From Eledone cirrhosa (Eukaryota), in NCBI GenBank assembly GCA_964016885.1, contig OZ024740.1:332320001-332384000 (forward strand): DNA of 64,000 nucleotides, given 5' to 3'. The notes beneath the pieces are model-generated. The model saw nothing but the letters and a program-made list of their open reading frames with translations. It had not been told where the DNA came from and searched no databases. This document shows positions 15,105 to 27,850 of the stretch, one piece after another. The translations under genes and the position numbers were made by a program. The stretch's first letter is position 1. Every line of letters starts with the position of its first letter.

Positions 15105-15892
15105 AAATATAAGAGCCCTAAGGAGCAACACTCCACCAGGGTGCTCTTGCCGTAAGCCCGAAGCTTGTCTCCTTCAACAGCAATGCAACACACCCGCTGT
15201 AGTTTATGAAGATGTGGTCACTTCCAACCGACCAAATCAACCACAGGAGGTTAAATCCTATGTGGGTATGGCAGAAGGCGGATTTAAGGAACGCTTCCTG
15301 AACCACCAGTCGACCTTTAGGTACGCGGACAGACGTTCACCCACGAAACTCGCGAGCCACGTATGGTCCCTCAAGGACTCAAGTATAGACTACTCCATTC
15401 AATGGAAAGCCATCACTAATTCCAAGCCATACGCAAGGGGCAATCCTTCGTGTGGACTATGTACTGATGAACGAATATATAGTCTAAAGAGATTACGCAA
15501 TAGTGATTGCCTAAACACGAGAAATGAATTCTTCACACGTTGTCCACACGTCTGGAAACAATTCTTACATAACTATAAAGCACGAGATTGAATCCCAACA
15601 ATATCCTAATTTTCTTATCAACTAGGAACTTTCGAACTTTCGCAGTTATCTCCCTTACACCTCTTGCACGCAATTTAGTATTGCCTGTGTGAAATGATCG
15701 TTTCTGCGCATGCGCGTTCGTAACGTTGTCCTTCCTGTTCCGTATAACCACGTCCATTACGAGCTGAGGATCCGCTAAGGTGAAACAATTGCTCACGGTA
15801 TGGTGAACTAACTGTTGTGTATACCTAACTCGTCCCATGGACTGAGTGCTCTACCACTACGGATATTACCTTCCAGTATTCTACCACTACAG
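15105..15892 (+). mobile_element. 5'-truncated Hydra-clade-like PLE: GIY-YIG ORF end (stop at 15591), 3' UTR/pLTR with decayed minimal HHR (15761-15794) and hairpin
   Basis: GCSCRKPEACLLQQQC..VVY..YVGMAEGGFKERFLNHQSTF..TKLASHVWSLK..CGLCTDE..LNTRNEFFTRCPH; GAG-CTGAGGA-tCCgctaaGGt-GAAA-CAATTG; ACTC..GAGTGCT at 15828-15850; (TA)n flanks. Confidence 0.92.
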
Positions 15893-16538
15893 ATATATAT
15901 ATATATATATAGATAGATAGATAGATACACACACACACAATAATATATATGTAGGAGAAGTCGGTCGCAGAAAGAAATAACATTAAATAGAGTTGGTTGC
16001 TATACTTAGCTTGTAAAGTGCACTTCTAGAGGGAAAAAAATAGGTGACCGGCCACTTTTTCCACCATATAAAGGGTTGTAGATTTTCGAAAGTTTTTATG
16101 ATGACTAATTGTTTTTAATTCTGAGTGTTCCTACAATTTCTATGAAAGTCATAATATTTCAGCACTTTGAAGTTCAAATTATATATGTATATATCACCCT
16201 CCACGTCATACACAAGTGCTGAGTCTCTTTCGCTCATCAAGAGAGAATACATAAATTAAAAGAATACATGAACAAATATGAACCACAATTAAATTGTAAT
16301 ATTCTCCCAATAAGCAATCAATTATAGTTTATAGAGGGTACAACCAAGTTACACACGCCTGTAAGTAAAGCTATGCATACGCATCGACACATATATACAC
16401 TATAAGGTAAAAAGAAAGTTTAAAATTCCAAAGAAACACCCACGGAAAATGAGTAGTATTTATCTATTAAATCTTTCAGAAACCTCTTTTTTGACAAATG
16501 TAACCATCTACAAAAGACCCCTTTCACTAATATACTAA

Positions 16539-16953
16539 GTCGAGTAAAATTCCCGAGATCCATGGACGAGTTCTCTCCAGCGGTCTCTGTCCCTCATTAT
16601 CGCTGCCATGTCCTGCGTCTTCAACAGACCAGTGTCTGTCCTTAGGGCATCAACATACGTTAACCTTGGTCTTCCCCTTCTAGTAGGGGCTCCCAAAGGA
16701 GCACTGAGTGCAATGTCAACTCTGGATGTCGGAGAGCATGTCCAGCTAACCTCAGTCTCCTCTGTGTCACTTTTGAGCTGACTTTTGGGATGCTCCCATA
16801 CAGCTCTAAGTTGTTCATCCCCAGTGTATACTCTTCATTGCTGTAGTGGAGTCTGTGCTACTGTATGGGTCTGAGACTTGGACACTGACCAAGAAACTCA
16901 CTCAGATGGTGGATGGGTGCTACACGAGAATGCTGAGGATGGCTCTGAACATT
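16539..16953 (-). mobile_element. RTE-clade LINE 3' fragment with 5' inversion
   Basis: 16539-16831 minus; 16843-16953 plus (VVESVLLYGSETWTLTKKLTQMVDGCYTRMLRMALNI), contiguous in the element with the minus part. Confidence 0.88.
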
Positions 16954-16967
16954 AAAAACATTAATCA

Positions 16968-17054
<87 letters not shown>

Positions 17055-17871
17055 TATTTTAATTTCTCTTTATTCATTTATTCGAGATTTTATCTGCAAA
17101 CCTTAAAAGTAAACTTCAAATGCATTCCCTCGACACACACACATGCATACACCACATGACAAATGAAAATCTCACAACTTTCCTAAAAACATCACCACGC
17201 CATCACCGGGTTTGAAAACCAAATTTCCTCTAAAACCGTTTTTAATTATATTAATACTATCCACATTTTATTTATATATTTGTCTTTACTTTCAATAGGA
17301 ATTTCAATCGTCTTTATATCTATTTTTTGATATTGTTCATTCATCTACAAGGCCGGATAATAAACCTGAAATATTAACACAATGGAACCCAACCTAAAAT
17401 CACACACACAGTCACACACACACACAGTCACACACACACACATGCACACACAAATACACACACATACACACACATACAACAAAACAACACAATGCCATCC
17501 AGGTCTTTTTTCTCCATAGAATAGGAACTTTCTATTTAATGCAATATAATTTTCTAGTAAATCAATCAAATCTTAACCTCTTGATCCCCACTTCCACATT
17601 CACACCTACATTCATAAAATATATATGTAAAAGAGAAAATTGGCGTATGATCTAACCGCCCACCGAATATGTGGGCAAAGACATACCAATCAAAACCGTT
17701 AATATTTGATAAAACTTAAATTCTTTAAAAGTAACAATTATATAAGAATATTATGCCGGATTAAAAGAAAACAGAAAATAAGTAATCTTTAAATATACTT
17801 TTGTACTTCTCCACGTTTACGTTATAGATATAATGTTCGATTTCGATGGGATATTAACACTTTTTTCACTG

Positions 17872-17946
<75 letters not shown>

Positions 17947-18119
17947 TTCTCTCTGTATATATATGTATACATCATGATGTAATAAATAAAATGTTTATCG
18001 GTCACGCTTCAAGATACAGGTCTGGCAAGAAAACCATAGAATGATGGGGAAGTGAGAAAGAAGTACATCAAATCCCATAATATGTATATATATATATATA
18101 TATATTATATTATATATAT

Positions 18120-18167
<48 letters not shown>

Positions 18168-18181
18168 ATATATATATATAT

Positions 18182-18306
<125 letters not shown>

Positions 18307-18575
18307 TATATATATATGTATATATATATATATATATATATTTATTAAAATAACAGATTAAAGTTTAAGCAAAGAATCGCTGCTTTCACCCTTAACGGGA
18401 TCTTCTGAAACTAACAAAGTCAATCTGTAAACGCAGAAGTGGATATTTCAAAAAACGATGCAACCGGAGGAAGACAGGAAGACGATACTCTGGTTCGTCG
18501 AAACGTTCCCTTGCAAAGAACGGGGAAAAAACGAATATAATACGTCATTAATAGGAGCGGGGAAAAACAATTACA

Positions 18576-18636
<61 letters not shown>

Positions 18637-18639
18637 GCG

Positions 18640-18702
<63 letters not shown>

Positions 18703-18705
18703 GCG

Positions 18706-18750
<45 letters not shown>

Positions 18751-18753
<3 letters not shown>

Positions 18754-18941
18754 AACCAGTAAGACCCCGACAGCTGAGCTCAAGCCGTTTCGACGGCTAA
18801 TTCTGGACTGAATTAGCCGTCGAGACGGCTTGAGCTCAGCTGTCGGGGTCTTACTGGTTCCTATTACCCACTCTACTACCTCAAGTATTGAGTACTTTGG
18901 TGCGTTATGGTCCACCTGGTTCCTTACCACATTTCCTTCGT

Positions 18942-18942
<1 letters not shown>
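18751..18942 (+). mobile_element. 139-bp TA-embedded mini-element, fold-back pair
   Basis: Short inverted arm 18751-18809 plus long arm 18810-18942; same family as 24246-24459. Confidence 0.9.
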
Positions 18943-18973
<31 letters not shown>

Positions 18974-20924
18974 CAATAAAAAATGGCACAAATATAAGCA
19001 AGAAACCATTCTGATGGTGATATTTTGAAGGTCTGGAAACGTTGTTTAAAATTTATATTTGAAAATAATTGCTTCTTTACCAAAATACATAAACATACTC
19101 ACACACATAAGCACACTTACTCCACCCCATATAACTAATATATTTCTTCAATGTATTATATCATTTGCTCTGTTGTTTCTGTTTACTTTTAACATACATA
19201 CACACAGAGACATACACACATACATATACATACATATATACGTGCGCGTGTGTGTGTGTACAAACACCCACTGCCCATACACAGCCATGCTATTTCACTC
19301 CATTCAGCCTTTGAATATTCCTGAATACAACAATCGACTAAGAATACAATCGCATTTTTCTACGCCTGGACTGGTGAGAGTAGAAGAGTATACACATATC
19401 AGAGTAGCAATCGGTCCATATTCCAAATTCAGATTCACAAACAACATACGCTCTCTGTTAGTAAGATATTTAATTAGGTAGAAATAACAGGGCGGCCATT
19501 ACAATGCGATCATATTTCCATCCACCCTCTTACACTGACAATCACCTGCCAGTCCCATTTCCACAGACTGATCATCCTGTCGATTACACAGAGGGCTATT
19601 ATATCTACATTATATTCTATACTCTCACATGCTGCAAGCATAGTTTTTAACACAACCTCCTCTAGCGCGGCTCAGCTAAAATAAGTTATTCATTTTCACT
19701 ATACACGTGTAATGAAGGTCAAAATAATTAATAATTTTTCAATATATATTGATCAGATATTGTCCATAATAAGAAGATAACACCGCCAAGGATACCGAAT
19801 TCGCCTTATTAACGTGTGTGTACATATAAACACACACACACACACCCACACACACATATATATATATATATATAGTGGGTAAGAGAGAGATGGTACACGC
19901 ATGTCTGCCTATCTGTCTCTATATGTGTAACATAGAAAATGAAATCACTACGTTGCCTTAGAACACCGTTTTATTAAACGACATTAAGGAATCAGTAAAA
20001 TAGGAAATATTGAATCGTAAGTTGAATTCCAACGAAATATATTTAAAGCCATTTTACATCCATACGGGGAACTTTAGTTTGTAAATCACAGCCGATCTTT
20101 GACATGATACACGTTCAAAGATAGAAGTTGCTCTAGAATTTTGACAGAAAATCAATTTCTTCGACGCCACATGGGATTTACCACAGCAGAATTACTCTTC
20201 TGCCCAAGAATAAGAATTTTGTTTCAACATTTTAAATCAGCTATATATAAGACAGCAATGCATTACACTTAGTCAGATGCAGTTGCGGCTGTAACAATAA
20301 TGCGTTTATATGTGTGTTTTATTTTGTTTAGTTTTTTGCTTAGAAAATAACATTTCCTGTGTTACAAAATATATTACAGATGTTGTTATGCATTAAACAA
20401 GTATATAAATGTATATTTAAAGATATATAACTACTCAAACGACTTCTGTATATCTCAAACAATACATTTCTTTTCAAGAAACTATGCTGTTATTATTGCA
20501 CGGAAGCCGAAATACTTTTCAGGAAAGTTGACAAATTCGAAAAATAAGAGACAGAAGACTACGCTCAGCATAATAAATATATTACAGTAGTTTTATTCGT
20601 ACTACGAGATGCATTCTGGCTTTAAAAATCGGAGGCGCTAAACTTTATATTCTAATCTTTCGAGTGCCATCCACCTAATTACCAACCATAATGGGTTCAA
20701 TACAATCATATATATACAACAACACAAAAGAAGACGGGTGATTTGCATTATGTCGAGAGCTCTCAATAATATTGCATGAAGGTTGACTATACGGAATGAC
20801 CAGTTCTATCCAGTGGTGAACCAACAAACCTAAATGTATATATATATATATATATATTGGAAGAGTTAATAACATCAAGGAGTACCGTTACGAAAGGTGT
20901 TAGGTATTAGGTTCACGCTTGAGA

Positions 20925-20961
<37 letters not shown>

Positions 20962-21013
20962 CACACATATATATATATACATATATGCATATAATATATA
21001 TACATATATAAAT

Positions 21014-21162
21014 AATTGTTTCTACATTTGGCACAAGGCCAGCAATTACCCAGTGCATTACTCGTACTTTATTTTATCAACCTCGTAAGGATGAAAGGCA
21101 AAGTTAACCTCGGCGGGATTTGAACTCAGATCATAAAGGGAGATAACTCTATGCTTCAAAGC
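21014..21162 (-). mobile_element. tRNA-derived SINE (octopus-type), partial
   Basis: B-box GAGTTCAAATCC on the minus strand; body shared with the 31261, 40653 and 47206 copies. Confidence 0.8.
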
Positions 21163-21276
21163 CTGTACATATATATAAATACTGTGTATATATATGTGTG
21201 TGTGTGTGTGCGCGCGCGCGCACGAGTGTGTATATATATATAAATATATTGTATTTGTATATAAATATTGTATTTG

Positions 21277-21673
<397 letters not shown>

Positions 21674-21691
21674 GCACACATATATTTATAT

Positions 21692-21766
<75 letters not shown>

Positions 21767-21896
21767 ATGTATATAAATATCTATATATATATGCATTGAA
21801 GTTTCCGTTGAAAATTGGAAAAGTCAGAGGAATGAAGAGTGCTCTATGTAAGTTACAGAGCTAAATATTTAATGTATAATAAACAATACAGTATAA

Positions 21897-21970
21897 TTAC
21901 CTCATTACCAGAGGTTTACCGAATAAGACGAATACAAGACACGTCCGCATTCGTTCATCAGACAAGGCAA
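21897..21970 (-). ncRNA. Type I hammerhead, probably inactive (GAAA to TAAA)
   Basis: ttgccttgt-CTGATGA-aCGAAT...ATTCGg-TAAA-CCTCTGG-TA-atgaggtaa; 9-bp stem I including G-U pairs. Confidence 0.75.
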
Positions 21971-21976
21971 TTATAA

Positions 21977-22025
<49 letters not shown>

Positions 22026-22117
22026 ATATATATATATGATATATATATATATACATATATATTTATATGATATATATATATATATACATATATATTTATA
22101 TGATATATATATATATA

Positions 22118-22680
22118 GGTAAGTTATTCCGGGTTGAATCGGAGGTAACCACAGTAAGTAAGGTACTCAATACATAGCAGAGTATAAATGTTTTAATATA
22201 GATGAGATTCTACAGGAATAGAACTGTTTCATTCTTGAGATATCATCAGGAATATGACTGTCCAAATAAATGTGGTGGTATTTATATCTTTTCTGGTGGT
22301 AGGAAAGGGTGGGGAGTGGGATGGGTGGACGTCATTGGTTGAAAGAAAATGGAATTCATTAAAAGCAAATTCTTTAAAGCTATAATATATATTTAGAGTG
22401 ACAAAGGCAGAAAGAATTCTATAAACAAGATCAAATTGGGGTGCCACTCCTTATTTTTAAGTTTCTCTTAAGCCAACAATGCCTATATTTCAGGTGTCTA
22501 CAAGATGGTTGGGGGGTCAGTCATGGTTGATGGGTTTAAAGAAAAAGGAAATTCTTTAAAAGCTAATTCTTTAAAGCTCTACTTAGGGTGACAAATGCAG
22601 AGAGAATTTTATAAACAAGTTCAAATATTGGGTGCCTGTCCTTATTGTCATATTCCTCTTAAGGTATATTCCAGGTGTCT
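22118..22680 (-). mobile_element. PLE-type pLTR relic with HHR core (22220-22252) and hairpin (22164-22184)
   Basis: CTGATGA-tatctcaagaat-GAAA-CAG-TT on minus, stem I not evident; a related segment lies inverted at about 26120-26262; internal diverged duplication at about 22340-22440 / 22540-22640. Confidence 0.6.
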
Positions 22681-23007
22681 ACAGACACATTCACATTCAC
22701 ACACACACATATATAAATATACACATATACAAACACATATGCACATATACACATATATGCACATATATATATATATATACGTACACACACACACACATAT
22801 ATACACACACGCACACGCACACATATATATACACACACACATTCAAATATATACACACATACACACATACATACTTATATATACACGCACACATGCATAC
22901 ATACATATACACATACAGTACACATACATACACATATACATACATGTACACACACACACCCACACAAATAAATGTATACATATATATACAAACACATACA
23001 CATATAT

Positions 23008-23836
23008 CTAGGGCGGGTAAAATTCCCGAGATCCATGGACGAGTTCTCTCCAGCGGTCTCTGTCCCTCATTATCGCTGCCATGTCCTGCGTCTCCAACAG
23101 ACCAGTGTCTGTCCTTAGGGCATCAAAATATGTTAACCTTGGTCTTCCACTTCCAGTGTGTCCATGTAGGGGCTCCCACAGGAGCACTGAGTGTAATGTC
23201 GACTCTGGATATCGGTAAGCATGTTCAGCTAACCTCAGTCTCCTCTGTGCCACTTTTGACTTGACTTTTGGGAGGCTCCCATACAGCTCTGAGGTTTTCA
23301 TCCTCAGTGTATACTGATTAATGTTCAGAGCCATCCTCAGCATTCTCGTGTAGCACCCATCCACCATCTGGGTGAGTTTCTTGGTCTGTGTCCAAGTGTC
23401 AGACCCGTGCAGCAGCACAGACTCCACTAAAGCAATGAAAGAGGCGGATTTTCAGGTCTTTACGAAGGTCCGACTTCCACACCGATCTCAAGCTGTGACA
23501 CTAGGACTCCTGGCTTTACTGTAGCACCGGCTCAGAGCAAGAGAGTTGAGGCGAAAAAGATATCAGATGCTGAATTTGCCGATGACATAGCTTTGATGAC
23601 AAATACATTGAAGGAGGCAGAGGATTTGATGCAGAAGGTTGAGACTGTGTCAATGAGTGTGGGGCTGAGAATGAATGAGACTAAATCAAAATATCTGATA
23701 GAGAATGGTGGGAAGGGAGAGGGGATCACTAATGCAAGCGGCAAGCCGTTAGAATTGGTTGAGGACTTCCTGTATTTGGAGCAAAGAATGGGAATACGGA
23801 AGATGATGTGGTTGAGAGGAAGAGAAAAACCTGGAC
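23008..23836 (-). mobile_element. RTE-clade LINE, 5'-truncated with 5' inversion
   Basis: Minus 23008-23500: ESVLLHGSDTWTQTKKL..DGCYTRMLR..GRPRLTY..DRDRWR*. Plus 23501-23836: RT motif [27 protein letters not shown]. Microsatellite flanks. Confidence 0.92.
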
Positions 23837-23893
<57 letters not shown>

Positions 23894-24060
23894 CGTATAT
23901 AAACATATATATATATATATATACATATACACACATATATACACGTATATACATACACAAACGCGAACATATACACATATATACATAAATACATAAATAC
24001 ATACATATACAGATATATATATATATATCTATATATATATATATCTCTATATATATATAT

Positions 24061-24220
24061 AGAAGTGGTTACACAACAGTTAGATCACCATACCGAGAAC
24101 AATTACTTCACCTTAGCGGATCCTCAGCTCGTAGTGGACATTGTTATACGGATAACCATGTCCATTACGAGCTGAGGATCCGCCAACGTGAAACAATTGC
24201 TTTCGGTATGGTGAACCAAT
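24061..24220. mobile_element. Tiny fold-back of the 15105-15892 PLE pLTR with two decayed minimal HHRs
   Basis: Arms about 24082-24147 / 24152-24216; CTGAGGA cores at 24127-24121 (minus) and 24172 (plus); consensus GAG-CTGAGGA-TCCGCTAAGGT-GAAA-CAATTG-YT-CTC. Confidence 0.82.
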
Positions 24221-24245
24221 TATATATATATATATATATATATAT

Positions 24246-24457
24246 AGGAACCAGTAAGACCCCGACAGCTGAGCTCAAGCCGTTTCGACGGCTAATTCTG
24301 GACTAAAAAAACATTTTTTTAGTCCAGAATTAGCCGTCGAAACGGCTTGAGCTCAGCTGTCGGGGTCTTACTGGTTCCTATTACCCACTCTACTACCTCA
24401 AGTATTGAGTACTTTGGTGCGTTATGGTCCACCTGGTTCCTTACCACATTTCCTTCG

Positions 24458-24459
<2 letters not shown>
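24246..24459 (+). mobile_element. 139-bp mini-element reference copy (24321-24459) with short inverted arm (24246-24304)
   Basis: AGTCCAGAAT...TTCCTTCGTT; other copies or arms at 11098, 18751, 21484, 25662, 40030, 40181, 56298, 56593. Confidence 0.92.
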
Positions 24460-24500
<41 letters not shown>

Positions 24501-24608
24501 ACATATATATATATTATATATATATACATATATATATATTATATATATATACATATATATATATTATATATATATACATATATATATATTATATATATAT
24601 ACATATAT

Positions 24609-24658
<50 letters not shown>

Positions 24659-24730
24659 GTAGGATGTGAGTTTTATTGTAGTACAATCTTATATTTGATC
24701 TTATATTATATATATATATATATATATATG

Positions 24731-24761
<31 letters not shown>

Positions 24762-24762
24762 A

Positions 24763-25192
24763 GTTAAAAGAATAGAGGTGTAACACACAAGTTATTATAT
24801 ATTGGTAAACGGAATAGAAAATGCTGACAAATTGTTCACAGTTGAAAAATGGTTTAATTAGGAATAAAAGAGTATTAGTGATTGTATGGGTTAGTATTCA
24901 GTTGTGGTTTTAAGTTTTTAAGTTTTTACCGGTTGTGCATTTCTAAATGCTTTTCAAAAATAATTTTGAGATAGAGTGTCCGTGCTGTTTGCTCTGATCA
25001 GAGCAAACAGCACGGACACTCTATCTCAAAATTATTTTTGAAAAGCATTTAGAAATGCGCAACCGGTAAAAACTTAAAAACTTAAAACCACAACTGAATA
25101 CTAACCCATACAATCACTAATACTCTTTTATTCCTAATTAAACCATTTTTCAACTGTGAACAATTTGTCAGCATTTTCTATTCCGTTTACCA

Positions 25193-25199
<7 letters not shown>
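24763..25199 (-). repeat. Spacerless 404-bp palindrome (24796-25199) plus 33-nt tail; PLE-type fold-back
   Basis: Centre ctctga|tcagag at 24997/24998; 202-bp arms with one mismatch seen; tail 24763-24795 matches 27817-27850 inverted. Confidence 0.93.
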
Positions 25200-25223
<24 letters not shown>

Positions 25224-25478
25224 AATATATATATATGTATATATATACATATGTATATATATGTATATATGTATATATATATATATATGTATATATCTGT
25301 ATATATATGCATGCATATGTGTATGTATGTGTATATATATATGTATATATATATGTGTGTATGTGTTTGTAAATATGTATGTGTACTTTTATGTGTATAT
25401 ATGTATGTGTATATGTATGCATGTATGTGTGCGTGTATATATATGTATGTATGTGTGAATATATGTGAATGTGTGTGC

Positions 25479-25543
<65 letters not shown>

Positions 25544-25606
25544 AACGGAAAAAATGAAACGAAATTTCATTTCCCACTCTTAGTACGGCTGTTATACGTA
25601 TACATA

Positions 25607-25664
<58 letters not shown>

Positions 25665-26268
25665 AACAAGTAAGACCCCGACGGCTGAGCTCAAGCCGTT
25701 TCGACGGCTAATTCTGGACTGAATGAAAATTTATTCTGGTATTTAAATAGCCGAGCTTATCAAGGGGTAATTCCATATATGGTCAAAGAGATAATCACCA
25801 GGATTGGTCACATCACAAGTTAGTAGTAAATCTGTGATGGCAAATTGGTGGGGGAAGGGGTAGCTGAAACTGCCGGTAGGAGAAAAAGGGAGAGGGGGTG
25901 GAGTAGACCCATTCATGCGTTGGTAGTGCCGGCTACAGCTGGGTGTGAGATCAAAGAAGATACTGGGGAGGGGGAGGGGGAGGAAGTCGAAACGGTAAGT
26001 AGAACAATGGAGGGTAAAACTATAAAAAGTACTGAGAGAGAAAAAAAAAATAAGCATATTGTTTTGCTATATCATTAAGGTGGAATTTATTATAAAAGGT
26101 TGGGAACCGCTGCACTAAGTAGAGCTTTAAAGAATTAGCTTTTAATGGATTCCCTTTTCTTTCAACCAATGACCTCCACGCATCCCACTCCCCACCCTCT
26201 CCTACCACCAGAAAATAGATAAATACCACCACATTTATTTGGACAGTCAGATTCATGATGATATATAT

Positions 26269-26625
26269 ATATTGGTAAAAGGAAAAGAAAATGCTGACAA
26301 ATTGTTCCCAGTGAAAAATCGTTTAATTAGGAATAAGTAAAAATTAGTAATAGTATTGGTTAGTATTCAGTTTTGGTTTTAAATTTTACCGGTTGTGCAT
26401 TTCTAATGCTTTTCAAAAATAATTTTGCGATAGAGCGCCCGTGATGTTTGCTCTAATCTGATTAGTTTTGGAAATTCTACCTGTTTTATGTAAAAAAAAA
26501 GTGGCTTCAGATGTATGAAAAAATTCTTGTGGTCAAAACAATTTTGATTGGTCGGTAGAGGTCATGTGAATGTTAAAAATTGATTTTGCGCCAAATGTAG
26601 GTTTGTCTCGGCTTATTGAGAAGTG

Positions 26626-26656
<31 letters not shown>

Positions 26657-27850
26657 GATGGTCAGTAGGAATGTGTCTGTACGTGTGTGGGAGACATTTT
26701 AACAGGTTAAAAGATATTTTTCAGCTCTTGTCTTATACGGAGAAGTGTGTGTGTATATGTCTCTTTGTATGTTAATGTACGTGTGTGTGGGTGGACCAGT
26801 GTTTTTGTGATACTGGTAAAAATGGTGTACATTATTCGATATTTTCAGTAAAAACTATTGAGAGAATCGTTTTTACTGAAAATATCGAATAATGTACACC
26901 ATTTTTACCAGTATCACAAAAATACTGCCCCCCCCCCCACACACACACTGATGTATTTATGTGTATACTGTGTATGGTTTCCTACATCAGGCAATAGGAT
27001 GTGCTTACGGCACAATGTTATACACACACAGGCTCACATACCATACACATACACAATATATAAATGTATGTATTATATGTGTATATGTATGTATATATAT
27101 ATATAAGAGTTCTATTTAAATTGTTGGGATACAACAAGCAAATATTTTTATAACTGATATAAAGCACTCAACAAATATTTGGAGTAAAAATACGATATTA
27201 ACAAATGGAAACTATATTTATAAAACCATATTTATTTCATTATACATATTTCAAGGACATCAAGTTAAATTATGGTGTGCTTTTATAAGATAAAATATAA
27301 TATAGATCAGTTTTATAAATAAATATTGACATACCCTTAAAGAATGCAACCATTACTGTTGGAAGCTCCCGGATTTCACAACGAACCTCTTTACTACTAC
27401 TACTACCCCCCCCACACACACACACACACATATTTGTCTTGAAAGACTTTTTTTCAGTGACTTCTCAATCAGCCGAGACAAACCTACATTTGGCGCAAAA
27501 TCAATTTTTAACATTCACATGACCTCTACCGACCAATCAAAATTGTTTTGACCACAAGAATTTTTTCATACATCTGGAGCCACTTTTTTTTTACATAAAA
27601 CAGGTAGAATTTCCAAAATTTATCAGATTAGAGCAAACATCACGGGCGCTCTATCTCAAAATTATTTTTGAAAAGCATTAGAAATGCTCAACCGGTAAAA
27701 TTTAAAACGAAAACTGAATACTAACCAATACTATTACTAATTTTTACTTATTCCTAATTAAACTATTTTTCACTGGGAACAATTTGTCAGCATTTTCTTT
27801 TCCTTTTACCAATATATTATAACTCGTGTGTTACACCTCTATTCTTTTAA
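26269..27850 (+). mobile_element. Large fold-back element (same family as 24763-25199) with nested insertions
   Basis: Arms about 26269-26624 / 27460-27815 plus tail to 27850; nested hairpin 26797-26856 / 26869-26927; nested decayed pLTR 27108-27340 (minus). Confidence 0.88.
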
